Source of the DNA: Stegostoma tigrinum
Taxonomy: Eukaryota
Assembly (NCBI RefSeq): GCF_030684315.1
Contig: NC_081370.1
Span: 23,318,267 to 23,382,266 of the forward strand
DNA length: 64,000 nt
Direction: 5' to 3'
Below the pieces are notes generated by a model. That model saw only the letters and a list, made by a program, of their open reading frames with translations, had not been told where the DNA came from and searched no databases. A program made the position numbers and the translations under genes. Shown here one piece after another: positions 14,199-27,427 of this stretch (position 1 is its first letter; every line of letters starts with the position of its first letter).

Positions 14199-14376
14199 AA
14201 GATAGTTCTCCCATAATACAATAGCTTCATTCTTATGTATTTTCGCACAACAGAAAATCACATTATGGGGAAATCGCTAGTAGAAAGTTTGCCTCATCCA
14301 ATCGTGTCTACTATTCACCAATCGCATTACAGCCAATCCACATTAATGAAATGTCAATTATTGCAGAAAAACATGT
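14199..14376. mobile_element. Possible decayed Tc1/mariner (Tigger-like) MITE inside an LTR-like repeat (about 14100-14795)
   Basis: Degenerate termini gttctcccataat / attattgcagaa flanked by TA; removing it rejoins ggta-aacagc. Confidence 0.35.
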
Positions 14377-17300
14377 AAACAGCTTGTGAAGCCTTAGTAT
14401 TTTTTTAAAAGAAGTTGGAACAATAGAAACAGCCAGAATGGGTGTGGTCAAACTCCCACAGAACCAGGATTTTTAGTTTTAGCTTTCAGTAGCTGTTGGG
14501 ATTTTGAAAACTGCTACATCTCTCTCTATCTCTTTGCTACAGCTAAATATTTGGGTTCTTTTTCTGCTCCTACACTTGCAGGAGAGAGAATCTATTTTTC
14601 TGATTTTGTCTTTACCGAGAGTGTGTTTATGGTATGTTACCATATTGGAACAGTTGATGTTGAGTGGTTAAATAATCTATAATTCTGTTATGCTTTCCAA
14701 TAGAGTAAATTATTCCAATCCTTTTTTACCTGGTATTTTAACTACAATGTATGAATAAAGTATGTTTTGCTTCAAGTCTGATAGTTTGACCAATGTTTTT
14801 TGCCAACAGTGAACAGTCTCTGTTGCTGTGACAGCGGCTTTAAAATAGCTGCAAGTGTGACGATAATGTTATAACCCGGTTGAAGAGCTCACTCATAACT
14901 GTCTCAGGATTTTGCTAGGTTCCTGGGGTGCAGTTTCAGTAGGCATTAAATTGAGAAATTTCTGCTGAGAGAATGGTGCTAAGGTCTGAATAACGGATAT
15001 TGAATTCGCTTCATCTGTGAGGATAATTTTCCCTAGAATGAAACTAATAAAAGTTCTGAATTGTGAAATATTGCATCAAGAGGGCGGCAGAGTTGGCAAG
15101 TTAGGCTGTTAGAGACAATCTTCCAATCTTCAGAGTCTGTCATGGTATTGTCAGCTTCTAATCTCTTTTGATGACAGAGGAACAGCTGGGACAGATAGTG
15201 TTACAAGTAATGTAACCAGGTTTGTATAAAGTGTCAGAGCAATACACAATATCACAATTGCATATTTAGTGAATGGTAATGGTGGTAATTATATTTATAC
15301 ATAATTCATTGTTTTGTAAAAGAATATGGTGCATAGGTTGTGTGTTAAGGAAGTCTGCATTCTCTTAAATAATATATTTTCCAAATGCTCATGCTCGTGT
15401 ACATGATGATAGTCTCAATACACTCAAATCTACTGGTGCAGTTGTCACTACTTGCTGATAACCTGATGAGATGAGAAATGAAGCAAATTCCAATGCACAC
15501 CATATACTTCCCAAAGGGCTTTGAATTGGTGGCATGGAGTGCTTTTATTTGAAATGTCTCCATTTGCGACATTTTGTCAGAATGTGAAGAAAGAGCTGAA
15601 TCTTTACCAACAACCTTCTTTAACTTGCTCAATTTTAATCAAGGAAATCATAATGGCATTTGTTTTAAAAATTGAAATACAGTACCACGAAGAAGGTTGT
15701 TATTTCAACCTAGTTTAAACTATACTAGTTAAAATGAATTTGTTAAATCGCAACTTCATTGAAATAACTTAATTAAGTTAACAATTCATTAATAAAATTA
15801 GTATAATATTATTTCGATCTCAAAAATCAGAATTTATGAATGTGTTGTATAAAGTTATATAATAAGATGTGATAGCTATACCAATGATCATGTTATGCAG
15901 AAGAAAGTTTGAGGTCATTCACTGAGGCCTGGCAACAGTCCAGGCAGAAAAGAGCAAGGCTATGATGCGCAGCAAAGAGGCTGCTTGAAGGTCAATGAAG
16001 TATTTATGTGGATTTTGGTCACCATGGTAGTAACGGATGTTGATCTGTAGGTCTGATTTTAGTTTGTGACATTGCTTCTCTCTGAAACAAACCTAATAAT
16101 AGTCCTGAAATTAAAGATTTTCATCATTTATGGTCAAGTTATTATTGCCACTTTACCATGCAATAGAGGATACTGGGATGGAAAATATCTGTTGGTTTAG
16201 GATCTATATTGACCCTGTATTATGTAATCTCCCAGCTTTCATCTTAATAAACATGATGAAATGGATACTTTTATTTGGAGATAATGTAGAAAACATTCTC
16301 ATAGCACTGGTTTCTGGCACAAAATGGCCAACGCCATCACTAATATGGACTTTGGGAATCAGCTTCATGAATTCATCCAGCCACACATGACATGCGAGTA
16401 TGCCAAAGCATTGTGCCAGTCAGGTCTGAAGAATTTCAGTTGGCCTCAATGGCAGATTGATCCACTTGCGCAAAGCAGAGTAGACAAACCCCAGATAGGT
16501 TGTGCTTTACCTTGTCTTTATAAACTTTAAGGAAAAACTGCTGCCTTATGCCTACCTCCAGTAGTCCCATTAAGGACTGCTAATTAAGCCATTGAAGACC
16601 TAGAAAAACATACGTAGGAAGAGTATTGCAGCTCAAGCTCTATCCAATTGATAGTCAATATTGATTCAAGCTGTATTGCTACTTGTATTTGCACAGCACC
16701 GAAAACATCTTTCAAGTGTTCACTGTGCACCTGGATGTCACTAGTTTCCAATTTGTCAGTTAACACTGTTCTGTTGGAGACTATATTAAACAAGAAGTTA
16801 AAAGTGCTTGTAATAAGAGTGCTGCAGTAACCATGAGTGAATTTAGTCTACATTTAACCTGTGGAAGCCACATCTGCAATAATTCAGTAGCAAATGAATT
16901 CCTGAGGTAAGTATTAAAAAGGCATATTAGACTAACATTTGAGGAATCAATTAGAGAGCAGGCTGCCCAAGATTTCATATTGTATGTCAAGAATAGGTTA
17001 ATTAATCTTGTGTAAGGTCCTTTTAGAAAGAGTGACCATAACATCAAACAATTCTTAAATCTATAACACAAAAACTGCAAAGGTGTTCAGTATGAGTCGA
17101 CTGTGATAAATTCGGTACATTCACTGAAAAACATGTTGGTGGGTAGGCATTTGCAAATTTTAAAGAATGAATGCATACATTGCAAAAGTTATTTATTCCT
17201 TTCTCATTCGACAATACAACAGGGAAATAGGCCCAACTGTGGCTAACAAAATAAATTGAGGGTAGGATTAGATCCAAAGACGAGGCATATAAAGTTGCTC

Positions 17301-17726
17301 GTAAAAGTAGCAAGTCTGACGATTGGGAGTAATTTAGAATTCTGCAAAGAAGGACTAGGAGTTTGATTAAGAGGGTTAAAATAGAGTGTAAAAGTAAACC
17401 TGCAAGGGACTTAGAAACAGACTGTAAGAACTTCTATAAATATATAAAAAGAAAAGGTTTTGTGAAAACAAATATACACACATTCTGAAATGGGAGATTT
17501 GATAATGCAGAACAAGCAAATGGCAGAGCTGTTACAAAACCACTGAAGCTCTGCATTCTCAAAAGAAGACACAAATGCTGGAAAGCAAGGGTGAATTGAG
17601 GAGGAGGAATTGAAGGAAATTAGCATCAGTGAAAAAACTAGTGCTGGGAAAGTTAATGGGACTGAAAGTTACTGGCTCCCTAATCTACATCATAGGATAC
17701 TGAAGAAGAAGGCAGTGGAAAAAGTT

Positions 17727-17955
17727 GAGATAACAAAGTGTAGAGCTAGATGAACATGCCAGGCCAAGCAGCATCAGAGGAGCAGGAAGGCTGATGTTTT
17801 GGGCCTAGACCCTTCTTCAGGAAATATTTTCTGAAGAAGGGTTGAGGCCCAAAACGTCACCCTTCCTGCTCCTCGGATGCTGCTTGGCCTGCTGTGTTCA
17901 TCCAGCTCTACACCTTGTTATCTCAGATTCTGCAGCATTTGCAGTTCCTACTGTC
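17727..17955. mobile_element. Miniature palindromic PLE-terminus element (M2), inserted in a CR1
   Basis: Inverted arms about an apex at 17825/17826 (ttcttcaggaaat|attttctgaagaa), tail on the right. Only AAGTT (17722-17726, 17956-17960) as a possible TSD. Confidence 0.85.
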
Positions 17956-17982
17956 AAGTTCCAAAATTCCAGAACAATCCTA

Positions 17983-19322
17983 CATAGAAACATAAAATAA
18001 AAGATAGGAGCAGGAGTAGGCCATTTGACTCTCAAGCTTGCTGTGACTATTCGCTATAAGCATGGCTGATCTTCAAGCTCAATACCCTAATCCTACCCTA
18101 CCCCCTTGGACCCTTTAGCCACAAGAGCTATATCTACCTCCTTGAAAACACATCAACACTTTGGCCTCAACCACTTTCTGTGGTAGTGAATTCCTCACAC
18201 TCACCACTCTCTGGATGAAGAAGTTTCTCGTCATTGAAGTCTTACCAGGTTTACCCTTAAACTGTGGCCCATGGTTCTGGACTCTCTCACCATTAGGAAC
18301 ATCCTATGTGCATCCTATCTAGTCCCATTAGAATTTTTTAGATTTCTATGAGATCCCCCATTTATACTTCTCCAGTGAATACATTCCGAACCGACTCAAC
18401 CTCTCTTCACATGTCAGTCATGCTATCCCAGGAATCAATTTGGTAAACCTTTGCTGTGCTCCCTCCGTAGCAAGAACATCCTTCCTCAGATAAAGAGACC
18501 AAAACTGCACATGATATTCCCGGTGTGGTCTCAGCAATACCCTGTATAATTGCAGCAAAATATCCTTGTCCCTGAACTTGAATCCTCTCGCTGTGTAGGT
18601 CAACATGCCGTTTGCCTGCTGCACCTGTATGCTTCCTGGCAACAACTGGTGCACAAGGACACCCATGTCTCATTGATTATTTCCTTCTTTCAATTTTTAA
18701 CTAAATAATAATCTGGTCTCCTATTTTTGCTACTGAAGTGAAATACTTCCCATTTATCCACATTATGCTGCATCTGTTGTGCATTTACTCACACAGCCTG
18801 TCCAAATCTCACTGCAACATCTCTGCATCCTCCCCACAGCTTACCCTTCCACCCTCTTCTAAATCAGTGACATATATTGTGAATTTAGCTGGAGTCCTAG
18901 TACTGACCCATATGGTTACCCCTAACCACTCTAGCAAAAACTCTCCCTTGAGCATCAGTACTGGTCCTACCCAATTTGCACTGGCCCCACCTCTCCCAGA
19001 ACCGATCCCACTGCCCCAGGAATCTGAAACCTTTCCCCATCTCTGTAGGCATGTATTCATCCAATTATATCCAGTTAATTCTACTGACTAGCACCTGACA
19101 CTGCTGGTATTCCTGAGATCATCACTACCTTTGAGATACTACTTTTCAGCTTGCTTCCTAACTCCCTATATTATGCTTTTAGGACCTCATCCTTTTTGCT
19201 TAAAAAAAAATGTCTTTTGTAGCAATGTGTACCATAACCATTAGGTGATCACCCTCCTCCAGGGTGTTGCCTAGCCGCTCTGAAACATCCATGAGCCTAG
19301 CACCAGGGAGACAACATATCAA
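17983..19322 (-). mobile_element. CR1 LINE, antisense, internally deleted (3' end, ORF2 end and ORF1 esterase remnant)
   Basis: catagaaacat tail; LQLYRVLLRPH.EY.VQFWS.YLRKD (ORF 18418-18666); CCLPGAR-like reverse complement near 19290-19320. Confidence 0.8.
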
Positions 19323-20733
19323 TATATCCTGGCAGATTGGAAGGTGCCAAATATACCATGTCATTTAAAACAAAAGGAGGGACCAATAATTACAAACCAG
19401 TTCATCTAATATCAATAGTAAGTAAAATCCTTGTCTATTAAAAAGAGTACAATGACAAGGCATTTACAAAATACCAAAGACTACCGTAGGTTTATACCAT
19501 CTTTGTAGGTTTACTGTTCTGTAGATTTTTTCCTGTACCTTTTATAAAAATGCTGAAGTGATGGAGAAAAAATAATATACGTATAAAATAATTATAAATT
19601 TTCTTTATTTTTCCTCATGGCTAATAAACAGTGACTGTTACTAATTTCTTACATGGGTATTCACAAAGACTGGTCCAGTCCTCAAATTACCTTTATATGG
19701 GTACACCTTCTAACAGGTGTCAGTGGAGAGTACACATGAACAGGGAGTTTAGCTATTTTGTTTTTCTTCACCCAAGAATAATGAGGCCAGCTATTACCTG
19801 TAAGGTTTTTAACAACTTTTTTCATTCAAATTAGGTTACATTTACAATAAACAGATTAATTATATCTATTGTCTAACAGATTCAATATAAGCCAGATGAT
19901 CTTGACTTTAAGTCCAAATGGTCTTCATGTTGGACACATGGGAAGTTTTATTAATTATAAAATAGTAATGAAGACACAGTAAACTGTTATTTTCCCTACA
20001 AGGAGTTATTGTCACTTAAAATCTATTGTATTACATTAGCACTATTTATGAACTTGCTCATCTATTATTTAACCAATTCATTTGCAATTAAAGCCTAAAG
20101 CTAGGTCTGAAATGATGCATGCCACTTCTGAAAGATGTGAGAAAGATCCTGTAGATGTATGGAAAATTTCCATTAATAAGGAATAAGTATTCCAATTCAT
20201 TTCTCTGAGCATATTAACTTAAGCTTATCTAAATATCACTGATGATACTCTTAAGACAGAAAGGAGTCATCTATGATGTTAACTTCTGGATGACCAACTG
20301 TTGAACAGTGCTGATTGACTGCCCACTCCAGCACTGTAGGAATCAGAGCCATTTTGATACCCAAGGCTTGTTTAAGTTGAACTAATGTGTTGTTCATTCC
20401 AAATCACTATCAGTGCCCTAATTAACATGGTTCAGTGTGGTGCCCTGAGGCTGAAGGCTATCTAGCCACCATCAACCTAAATTTTAGGTGAACTCATACT
20501 TGTCAAGGAGGGAAATCTTAAATTGACAGTCATCTAGATGAGTTTTGTGAAGGAGCATTCCTCCTCCTGAACCCAAAGAATTAATGTGTAAATTGCCCTT
20601 CTGGGGTCACCTTGTCAGTTTCCCCAGCAAAATTGGTTACAGAGTCTGATCACAGCTGGTCTGAAATGGTAATTGCCAATACATGTGCTATAGCTCCCCC
20701 TTTATAATGAAAAGGCAACTACTGTCTAAAATA

Positions 20734-23121
20734 ATACAATGTGAGGCTGGATGAACACAGCAGGCCAAGCAGCATCTCAGGAGCACAAAAGCTGACGTTT
20801 CAGGCCTAGACCCTTAAGCAGAGAGGGGGATGGGGAGAGGGAACTGGAATAAATAGGGAGAGAGGGGGAGGCGGACCGAAGATGGAGAGTAAAGAAGATA
20901 GGTGGAGAGAGTATAGGTGGGGAGGTAGGGAGGGGATAGGTCAGTCCAGGGAAGACTGACAGGTCAAGGAGGTGGGATGAGGTTAGTAGGTAGATGGGGG
21001 TGCGGCTTGGGGTGGGAGGAAGGGATGGGTGAGAGGAAGAACCGGTTAGGGAGGCAGAGACAGGTTGGACTGGTTTTGGGATGCAGTGGGTGGGGGGGAA
21101 GAGCTGGGCTGGTTGTGTGGTGCAGTGGGGGGAGGGGACGAACTGGGCTGGTTTAGGGATGCAGTAGGGGAAGGGGAGATTTTGAAACTGGTGAAGTCCA
21201 CATTGATACCATTAGGCTGCAGGGTTCCCAGGCGGAATATGAGTTGCTGTTCCTGCAACCTTCGGGTGGCATCACTGTGGCAGTGCAGGAGGCCCATGAT
21301 GGACATGTCATCTAAAGAATGGGAGGGGGAGTGGAAATGGTTTGCGACTGGGAGCTGCAGTTGTTTGTTGCGAACTGAGCGGAGGTGTTCTGCAAAGCGG
21401 TCTCCAAGCCTCCGCTTGGTTTCCCCAATGTAGAGGAAGCCACACCGGGTACAGTGGATGCAGTATACCACATTGGCAGATGTGCAGGTGAACCTCTGCT
21501 TAATGTGGAATGTCATCTTGGGGCCTGGGTAGGGGTGAGGGAGGAGGTGTGGGGGCAAGTGTAGCATTTCCTGCGGTTGCAGGGGAAGGTGCCGGGTATG
21601 GTGGGGTTGGAGGGCAGTGTGGAGCGAACAAGGGAGTCACGGAGAGAGTGGTCTCTCTGGAAAGCAGACAGAGGTGGGGATGGAAAAATGTCTTGGGTGG
21701 TGGGGTTGGATTGTAAATGGCGGAATTGTTTGAGGATGATGCGTTGTATCCGGAGGTTGGTAGGGTGGTGTGTGAGAACGAGGGGGATCCTCTTTGGGCA
21801 GTTGTGGCGGGGGCGGGGTGTGAGGGATGTGTTGCGGGAAATACGGGAGACGCGGTCAAGGGCGTTCGCGATCACTGTGGGGGGAAAATTGCGGTCCTTG
21901 AAGAACTTGGACATCTGGGATGTGCGGGAGTGGAATGCCTCATCCTGGGAGCAGATGCGGCGGAGGCGGAGGAATTGGGAATAGGGGATGGAATTTTTTC
22001 AGGAGGGTGGGTGGGAGGAGGTGTATTCTAGGTAGCTGTGGGAGTCGGTGGGCTTGAAATGGACATCAGTTACAAGCTGGTTGCCTGAGATGGAGACTGA
22101 GAGGTCCAGGAAGGTGAGGGATGTGCTGGAGATGGCCCAGGTGAACTGAAGGTTGGGGTGGAAGGTGTTGGTGAAGTGGATGAACTGTTCGAGCTCCTCT
22201 GGGGAGCAAGAGGCGGCGCCGATACAGTAATCAATGTACCGGAGGAAGAGGTGGGGTTTGGGGCCTGTGTAGGTGTGGAAGAGGAACTGTTCCACGTAAC
22301 CTACAAAGAGGCAGGCATAGCTGGGGCCCATGCGGGTGCACTGCATCCACTGTACTCGGTGTGGCTACCTCTATGTTGGGGAAACCAAGCGGAGGCTTGG
22401 AGACCGCTTTGCAGAACACCTCCGCTCAGTTCGCAACAAGCAACTGCACCTCCCAGTCGCAAACCATTTCCACTCCCCCTCCCATTCTTTAGATGACATG
22501 TCCATCATGGGCCTCCTGCAGTGCCACAATGATGCCACCCGAAGGTTGCAGGAACAGCAACTCATATTCCGCCTGGGAACCCTGCAGCCTAATGGTATCA
22601 ATGTGGACTTCACCAGTTTCAAAATCTCCCCTTCCCCAACTGCATTACTAAACCAGCCCAGTTCGTCCCCTCCCCCCACTGCACCACACAACCAGCCCAG
22701 CTCTTCCCCCCCCCCCCCCCCACCCACTGCATCCCAAAACCAGTCCAACCTGTCTCTGCCTCCCTAACCGGTTCTTCCTCTCACCCATCCCTTCCTCCCA
22801 CCCCAAGCCGCACCCCCATCTACCTACTAACCTCATCCCACCTCCTTGACCTGTCAGTCTTCCCTGGACTGACCTATCCCCTCCCTACCTCCCCACCTAT
22901 ACGCTCTCCACCTATCTTCTTTACTCTCCATCTTCAGTCCACCTCCCCCTCTCTCCCTATTTATTCCTGTTCCCTCTCCCCATCCCCCTCTCTGCTTAAG
23001 GGTCTAGGCCCAAACGTCAGCTTTTGTGCTCCTGAGATGCTGCTTGGCCTGCTGTGTTCATCCAGCCTCACATTTTATTACCTCGGAATTCTCCAGCATC
23101 TGCAGTTCCCATTATCTCTGA
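20734..23121. mobile_element. Penelope-like retroelement, inverted two-arm insertion (P2)
   Basis: Minus arm to 22339 carries RT motifs (MGPSYACLFV, LRYID) and GIY-YIG. Plus arm from 22340 carries GIY-YIG plus 3' end. Perfect TSD TACTGTCTAAAATA at 20720-20733 and 23122-23135. Confidence 0.95.
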
Positions 23122-23844
23122 TACTGTCTAAAATAGATGGGCACTACAGCCAGTCTTCAGCAGATCCCTGTTAAATCGGCCTGACATGTTAAATCTACTG
23201 TCCTATTGACACCGATGTTGCTAACTTAAAATCTTCACCACAATCTCAATAAAGTGGAGTAAGAACAGCAGAAATAAGGGCAATCTTCATTAAACAATTT
23301 ATCACAATTTGTCATTAGTTGAGAGAAACATTACAAATTAACATGCATTCCACTGGATAGACTGGGATAGAGAACTACTTAGAGGTCACAAGAGAAAATA
23401 AGTGAAAATGAAGCATGTAAAAGGATTAGTTTGAGGTGAAACGTCAATATCTCCTGTTCAGTTTCCCTTTTAAGCAAAATATTTTAGCAGCCGTCACTAA
23501 CTCTTTACAGCCAAAGCTAACATTTGAATACTGTAGCCTAATGGAAGAAAGAGCTTCAAGCATTATTGGTCATGATTAAGAAAAGGCATGTGGCTATATT
23601 ATCAATTCTACTGCCCCCTCCTGTTTCCAGTTCCTTGTTCATCTCTTAGTTGCAGATGTTACTGCTGTGAACTTCAGTATATTAGCACCCAATAGTTTCA
23701 GCATTATGAATGACTTCCGAAATGGCATCCATAGTGCACAGGTGAAATTGAGGTCACACTGCCATTTTGAAGCCTTTGTCCTCTGTTTTGAACATACATA
23801 TTTGAAGGGAGTTATCAACCACAGCAAAATTACTTGCTGCTTGA

Positions 23845-24545
23845 TTTTCATTAACTCTTATTCAGATTGAAACTGTGTTGGCTTGTTTGGTGTCTTCCAA
23901 AATTGTTTAAACTTGAGTACTATAGGATGAGGCTTCAAAAAGTGGGCAGTTGGGATCCCAAAGCGATGTCATGAGCTCAAATTTGTGTTGCCAGATCTGA
24001 AGAAACAATGTGGTAGAATTTTGGCAGAGTTATAAACAGTTGTGCCTCCCTCACTAATAGCCCAACTGCTCTCAAAGTTCGAACTGAACCATCATCACTG
24101 AAATAACTGTACAGAGGCCAATATTGCATCACCAAATCACTGTTTATTGACACATGGAGTGCCCTTGACAGTGATCCAGCTCCCTCAGAGCCAGCTCTCA
24201 GACTCTCCTATTCCTATCTGTCAGCCACCAGTCCCTGATTCGACCAGATTAACAGCCCCAATCCGGGAATTTGTATTATATGAGGTCCAACTGGCTGACC
24301 TCGTTACAATCACAATAATCACAATTATCATTTCTAAATAAGGTCACAGTGGGAGCATGGTGTGACAAGTGCTGACCCCTATTGTTGTCTCAGAGTTGGT
24401 GCTGCAAGTTTCAGCTCAAGAGCCTACTTTGGGATCCCAGTCCCCCATTTTGTGAAGTTTTGTCCTATTGTTTTCAAGTTTAAACAATTTTAGACAACAC
24501 CAAACACGTCAACACTGTTCCAATCTGAGTAAGACTAAATGGAAA
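23845..24545. repeat. Old foldback/MITE-like inverted repeat (arms about 185 bp) interrupted by the solo LTR
   Basis: For example aaaattgtttaaacttga vs tcaagtttaaacaatttt, and tgggatcccaaag vs ctttgggatccca. Confidence 0.7.
24099..24317 (-). mobile_element. Solo LTR, same family as 52625-52855
   Basis: Reverse complement aligns by eye to 52625-52855 along its length. Candidate 5-bp TSD ATCAC at 24094-24098 and 24318-24322. Confidence 0.75.
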
Positions 24546-25030
24546 GATAGTCTACCTGCTCCTAGTCACGGGTACAATTGTAGTCATTCACCATGGACTG
24601 TAGAGTAATAGAAAGTATGAACAGAGGTGACAAAAATAGTAAAGCTGTAAGAAGAGGCAGAGATTCAGGGAAGGGAGAAGACCTCTCAGCAAGAAGCCAG
24701 GACAACTCAGACTTATTTAAACAGCAATTATTGTTCAATAAATAACAGTCAGACGGCATTACTACACTATAGATGACCTAAATGAAATTTGCTAACTGCT
24801 GTCGGCACAACTTCAACCTCAAAGTAGGGTGAGCACGGAATTGGCAACAGTTATGAAAGTGATTATGTGTATCAACATTTATGCACCTTTCTTTTTCCAA
24901 GCTTGCTTGCTAAAGATATTTAAGTCAAGTCAGCAGAATGCTTCACAAGGATTGCAGACTCCCCATGGTGCTTTTGAATCTGCACAGGTTGTTTTGTGCA
25001 TGTAGCATGACAACTCTAAGATGCACCATG

Positions 25031-27427
25031 ATAACAAAGTGTGGAGCTGGATGAACACAGCAGGCCCAGCAGCATCTCAGGAGCACAAAAGCTGATGTTT
25101 CGGGCCTGGACCCTTCATCAGAGACAGGGATGGGGAGAGGGTTCTGGAATAAATAGGGAGAGGGGGGGAGGTGGACCGAAGATGGAGAGAAAAGAAGATA
25201 GGTAGAGAGGAGAGTATAGGTGGGGAGATAGGGAGGGAATAGATCAGTCCTAGGGACAGGTCAAGGAGGGGGGATGAGGTTAGTAGGTAGGAAATGGAGG
25301 TGCGGCTTGAGGTGGGAGGAAGGGATGGGTGAGAGGAAGAACAGGTCAGGGAGGCAGAGACCGGCTGGGCTGGTTTTGGGTTGCAGTGGGGGGAGGGGAC
25401 GAACTGGGCTGGTTTTGGGATGCAGTGCGGGAAGGGGAGATTTTGAAGCTGGTGAAGTCCACATTGATACCATTGGGCTGCAGGGTTCCCAAGCGGAATA
25501 TGAGTTGCTGTACCTGCAACCTTCGGGTGGCATCATTGTGGCACTGCAGGAGGCCCATCTTGAACATGTCGTCTGAAGAATGGGAGGGGGTGTTAAAATG
25601 GCTCGCGACTGGGAGGTGCAGTTGTTTATTGTGAACCGAGCGGACGTGTTCTGCAAAGCGGTCCCCAAGCCTCCACTTGGTTTCCCCAATGTAGAGGAAG
25701 CCACCCCGGGTACAATGGATACAGTATACCACGTTGGCAGATGTGCAGGTGAACCTCTGCTTAATATGGAAAGTCATCTTGGGGCCTGGGATAGGGGTGA
25801 GGGAGGAGGTGTGGGGGCAAGTGTCGCATTTCCTGCGGTTGCAGGGGAAGGTGCCAGGTGTGGTGGGGTTGGAGGGCAGTGTGGAGCGAACAAGGGAGTC
25901 ACGGAGAGAGTAGTCTCTCTGGAAGGCAGACAAGGGTGGGGATGGAAAAATGTCTTGGGTGGTGGGGTTGGATTGTAGATGGCGGAAGTGGTCGGAGGAG
26001 GGTGGGTGGGAGGAGGTGTATTGTATCCGGAGGTTGATCGGGTGGTGTGTGAGAACGAGGTGGATCTTCTTTGGGTGGTTGTGGCGGGGGCGGGGTGTGA
26101 GGGATGTGTTGTGGGAAATGCGGGAGACGCGGTCAATGGCGTTCTCGTCCACCATGGGGGGAAAGTTGCAGTCCTTGAAGAACTTGGACATCTGGGATGT
26201 GCAGGAGTGGAATGCCTCATCCTGGGAGCAGATGCGGCAGAGGCGGAGGAATTGGGAATAGGGGATGGAATTTTTGCAGGAGGGTGGGTGGGAGGAGGTG
26301 TATTCTAGGTAGCTGTGGGAGTCGGTGGGCTTGAAATGGACATCAGTTACTAGCTGGTTGCCTGAGATGGAGACTGAGAGGTCCAGGAAGGTGAGGGATG
26401 TGCTGGAGATGGCCCAGGTGAACTTGAGGTTGGGGTGGAAGGTGTTGGTGAAGTGGATGAACTGTTCGAGTTCCTCTGGGGAGCAAGGGGCGGCGCCAAT
26501 ACAGTCATCAATGTAACAGAGGAAGAGGTGGGGTTTGGGGGCCTGTGTAGGTGCGGAAGAGGGACTGTTCCACGTAACCTACAAAGAGGCAGGCATAGCT
26601 GGGGCCCATGCGGGTGCCCATGGCCACCCCCTTGTTCTGTAGGAAGTGGGAGAAATCGAAAGAGAAGTTGTTGAGAGTGAGGACGAGTTCAGTTAGGCGG
26701 ATGAGGGTGTCGGTGGAGGGGGACTGGTCGGGCCTGCGGGACAGGAAGAAGCGGAGGGCCTTGCAGAACACCTCCGCTCGGTTCGCAATAAACAACTGCA
26801 CCTCCCAGTTGCAAACCATTTTAACTCCCCCTCCCATTCTTCAGACGACATGTCCATCATGGGCCTCCTGCAGTGCCACAAGGATGCCACCCGAGGGTTG
26901 CAGGAACAGCAACTTATATTCCGCTTGGGAACCCTGCAGCCCAGTGGTATCAATGTGGACTTCACCAGCTTCAAAATCTCCCCTTCCCGCACCGCATTCC
27001 AAAACCAGCCCAGTTCGTCCCCTCCCCCCTCTGCACCCCAAAACCAGCCCAGCCTGTCTCTGCCTCCCTAACCTGTTCTTCCTCTCACCCATGCCTTCCT
27101 CCCACTTCAAGCCACACCTCCATTTCCTACCTACTAACCTCATCCCACCTCCTTGACCTGTCCGTCTTCCCTGGACTGACCTATCCCCTCCCTACTTCCC
27201 CACCTATACTCTCCTCTCCACCTATCTTCTTTTCTCTCCATCTTCAGTCCACCTCCCCCCCTCTCCCTATTTATTCCAGAACCCTCTCCCCATCCCTGTC
27301 TCTGATGAAGGGTCTAGGCCCGAAACATCAGCTTTTGTGCTCCTGAGATGCTGCTTGGCCTGCTGTGTTCATCCAGCTCCACACTTTGTTATCTTGGATT
27401 CTCCAGCATCTGCAGTTCCCATTATCG
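25031..27427. mobile_element. Penelope-like retroelement, inverted two-arm insertion (P3)
   Basis: Minus arm to about 26762 (LTLNNFSF..GVAMGTRMGPSYACLFV RT motif, GIY-YIG). Plus arm from about 26761. Perfect TSD AAGATGCACCATG at 25018-25030 and 27428-27440. Confidence 0.95.

Larger units (their letters stand above)
17180..19480 (+). mobile_element. Old CR1 fragment interrupted by M2 and by an antisense CR1
   Basis: K.FYKY.K.KR-like segment near 17430; after 19323 it resumes with PADWK.AN..P.FK.GG..NYKPV.L.S-like sequence. Confidence 0.65.

Noticed and set aside
21065-22031. Long antisense ORFs over PLE arms (e.g. MDWFWDAVGG.., MQGKVPG..; likewise at 25274-26308 and 46757-47357)
   Set aside because: Shadow frames of the GC-skewed PLE coding strand, repeated in every copy; no independent gene evidence.
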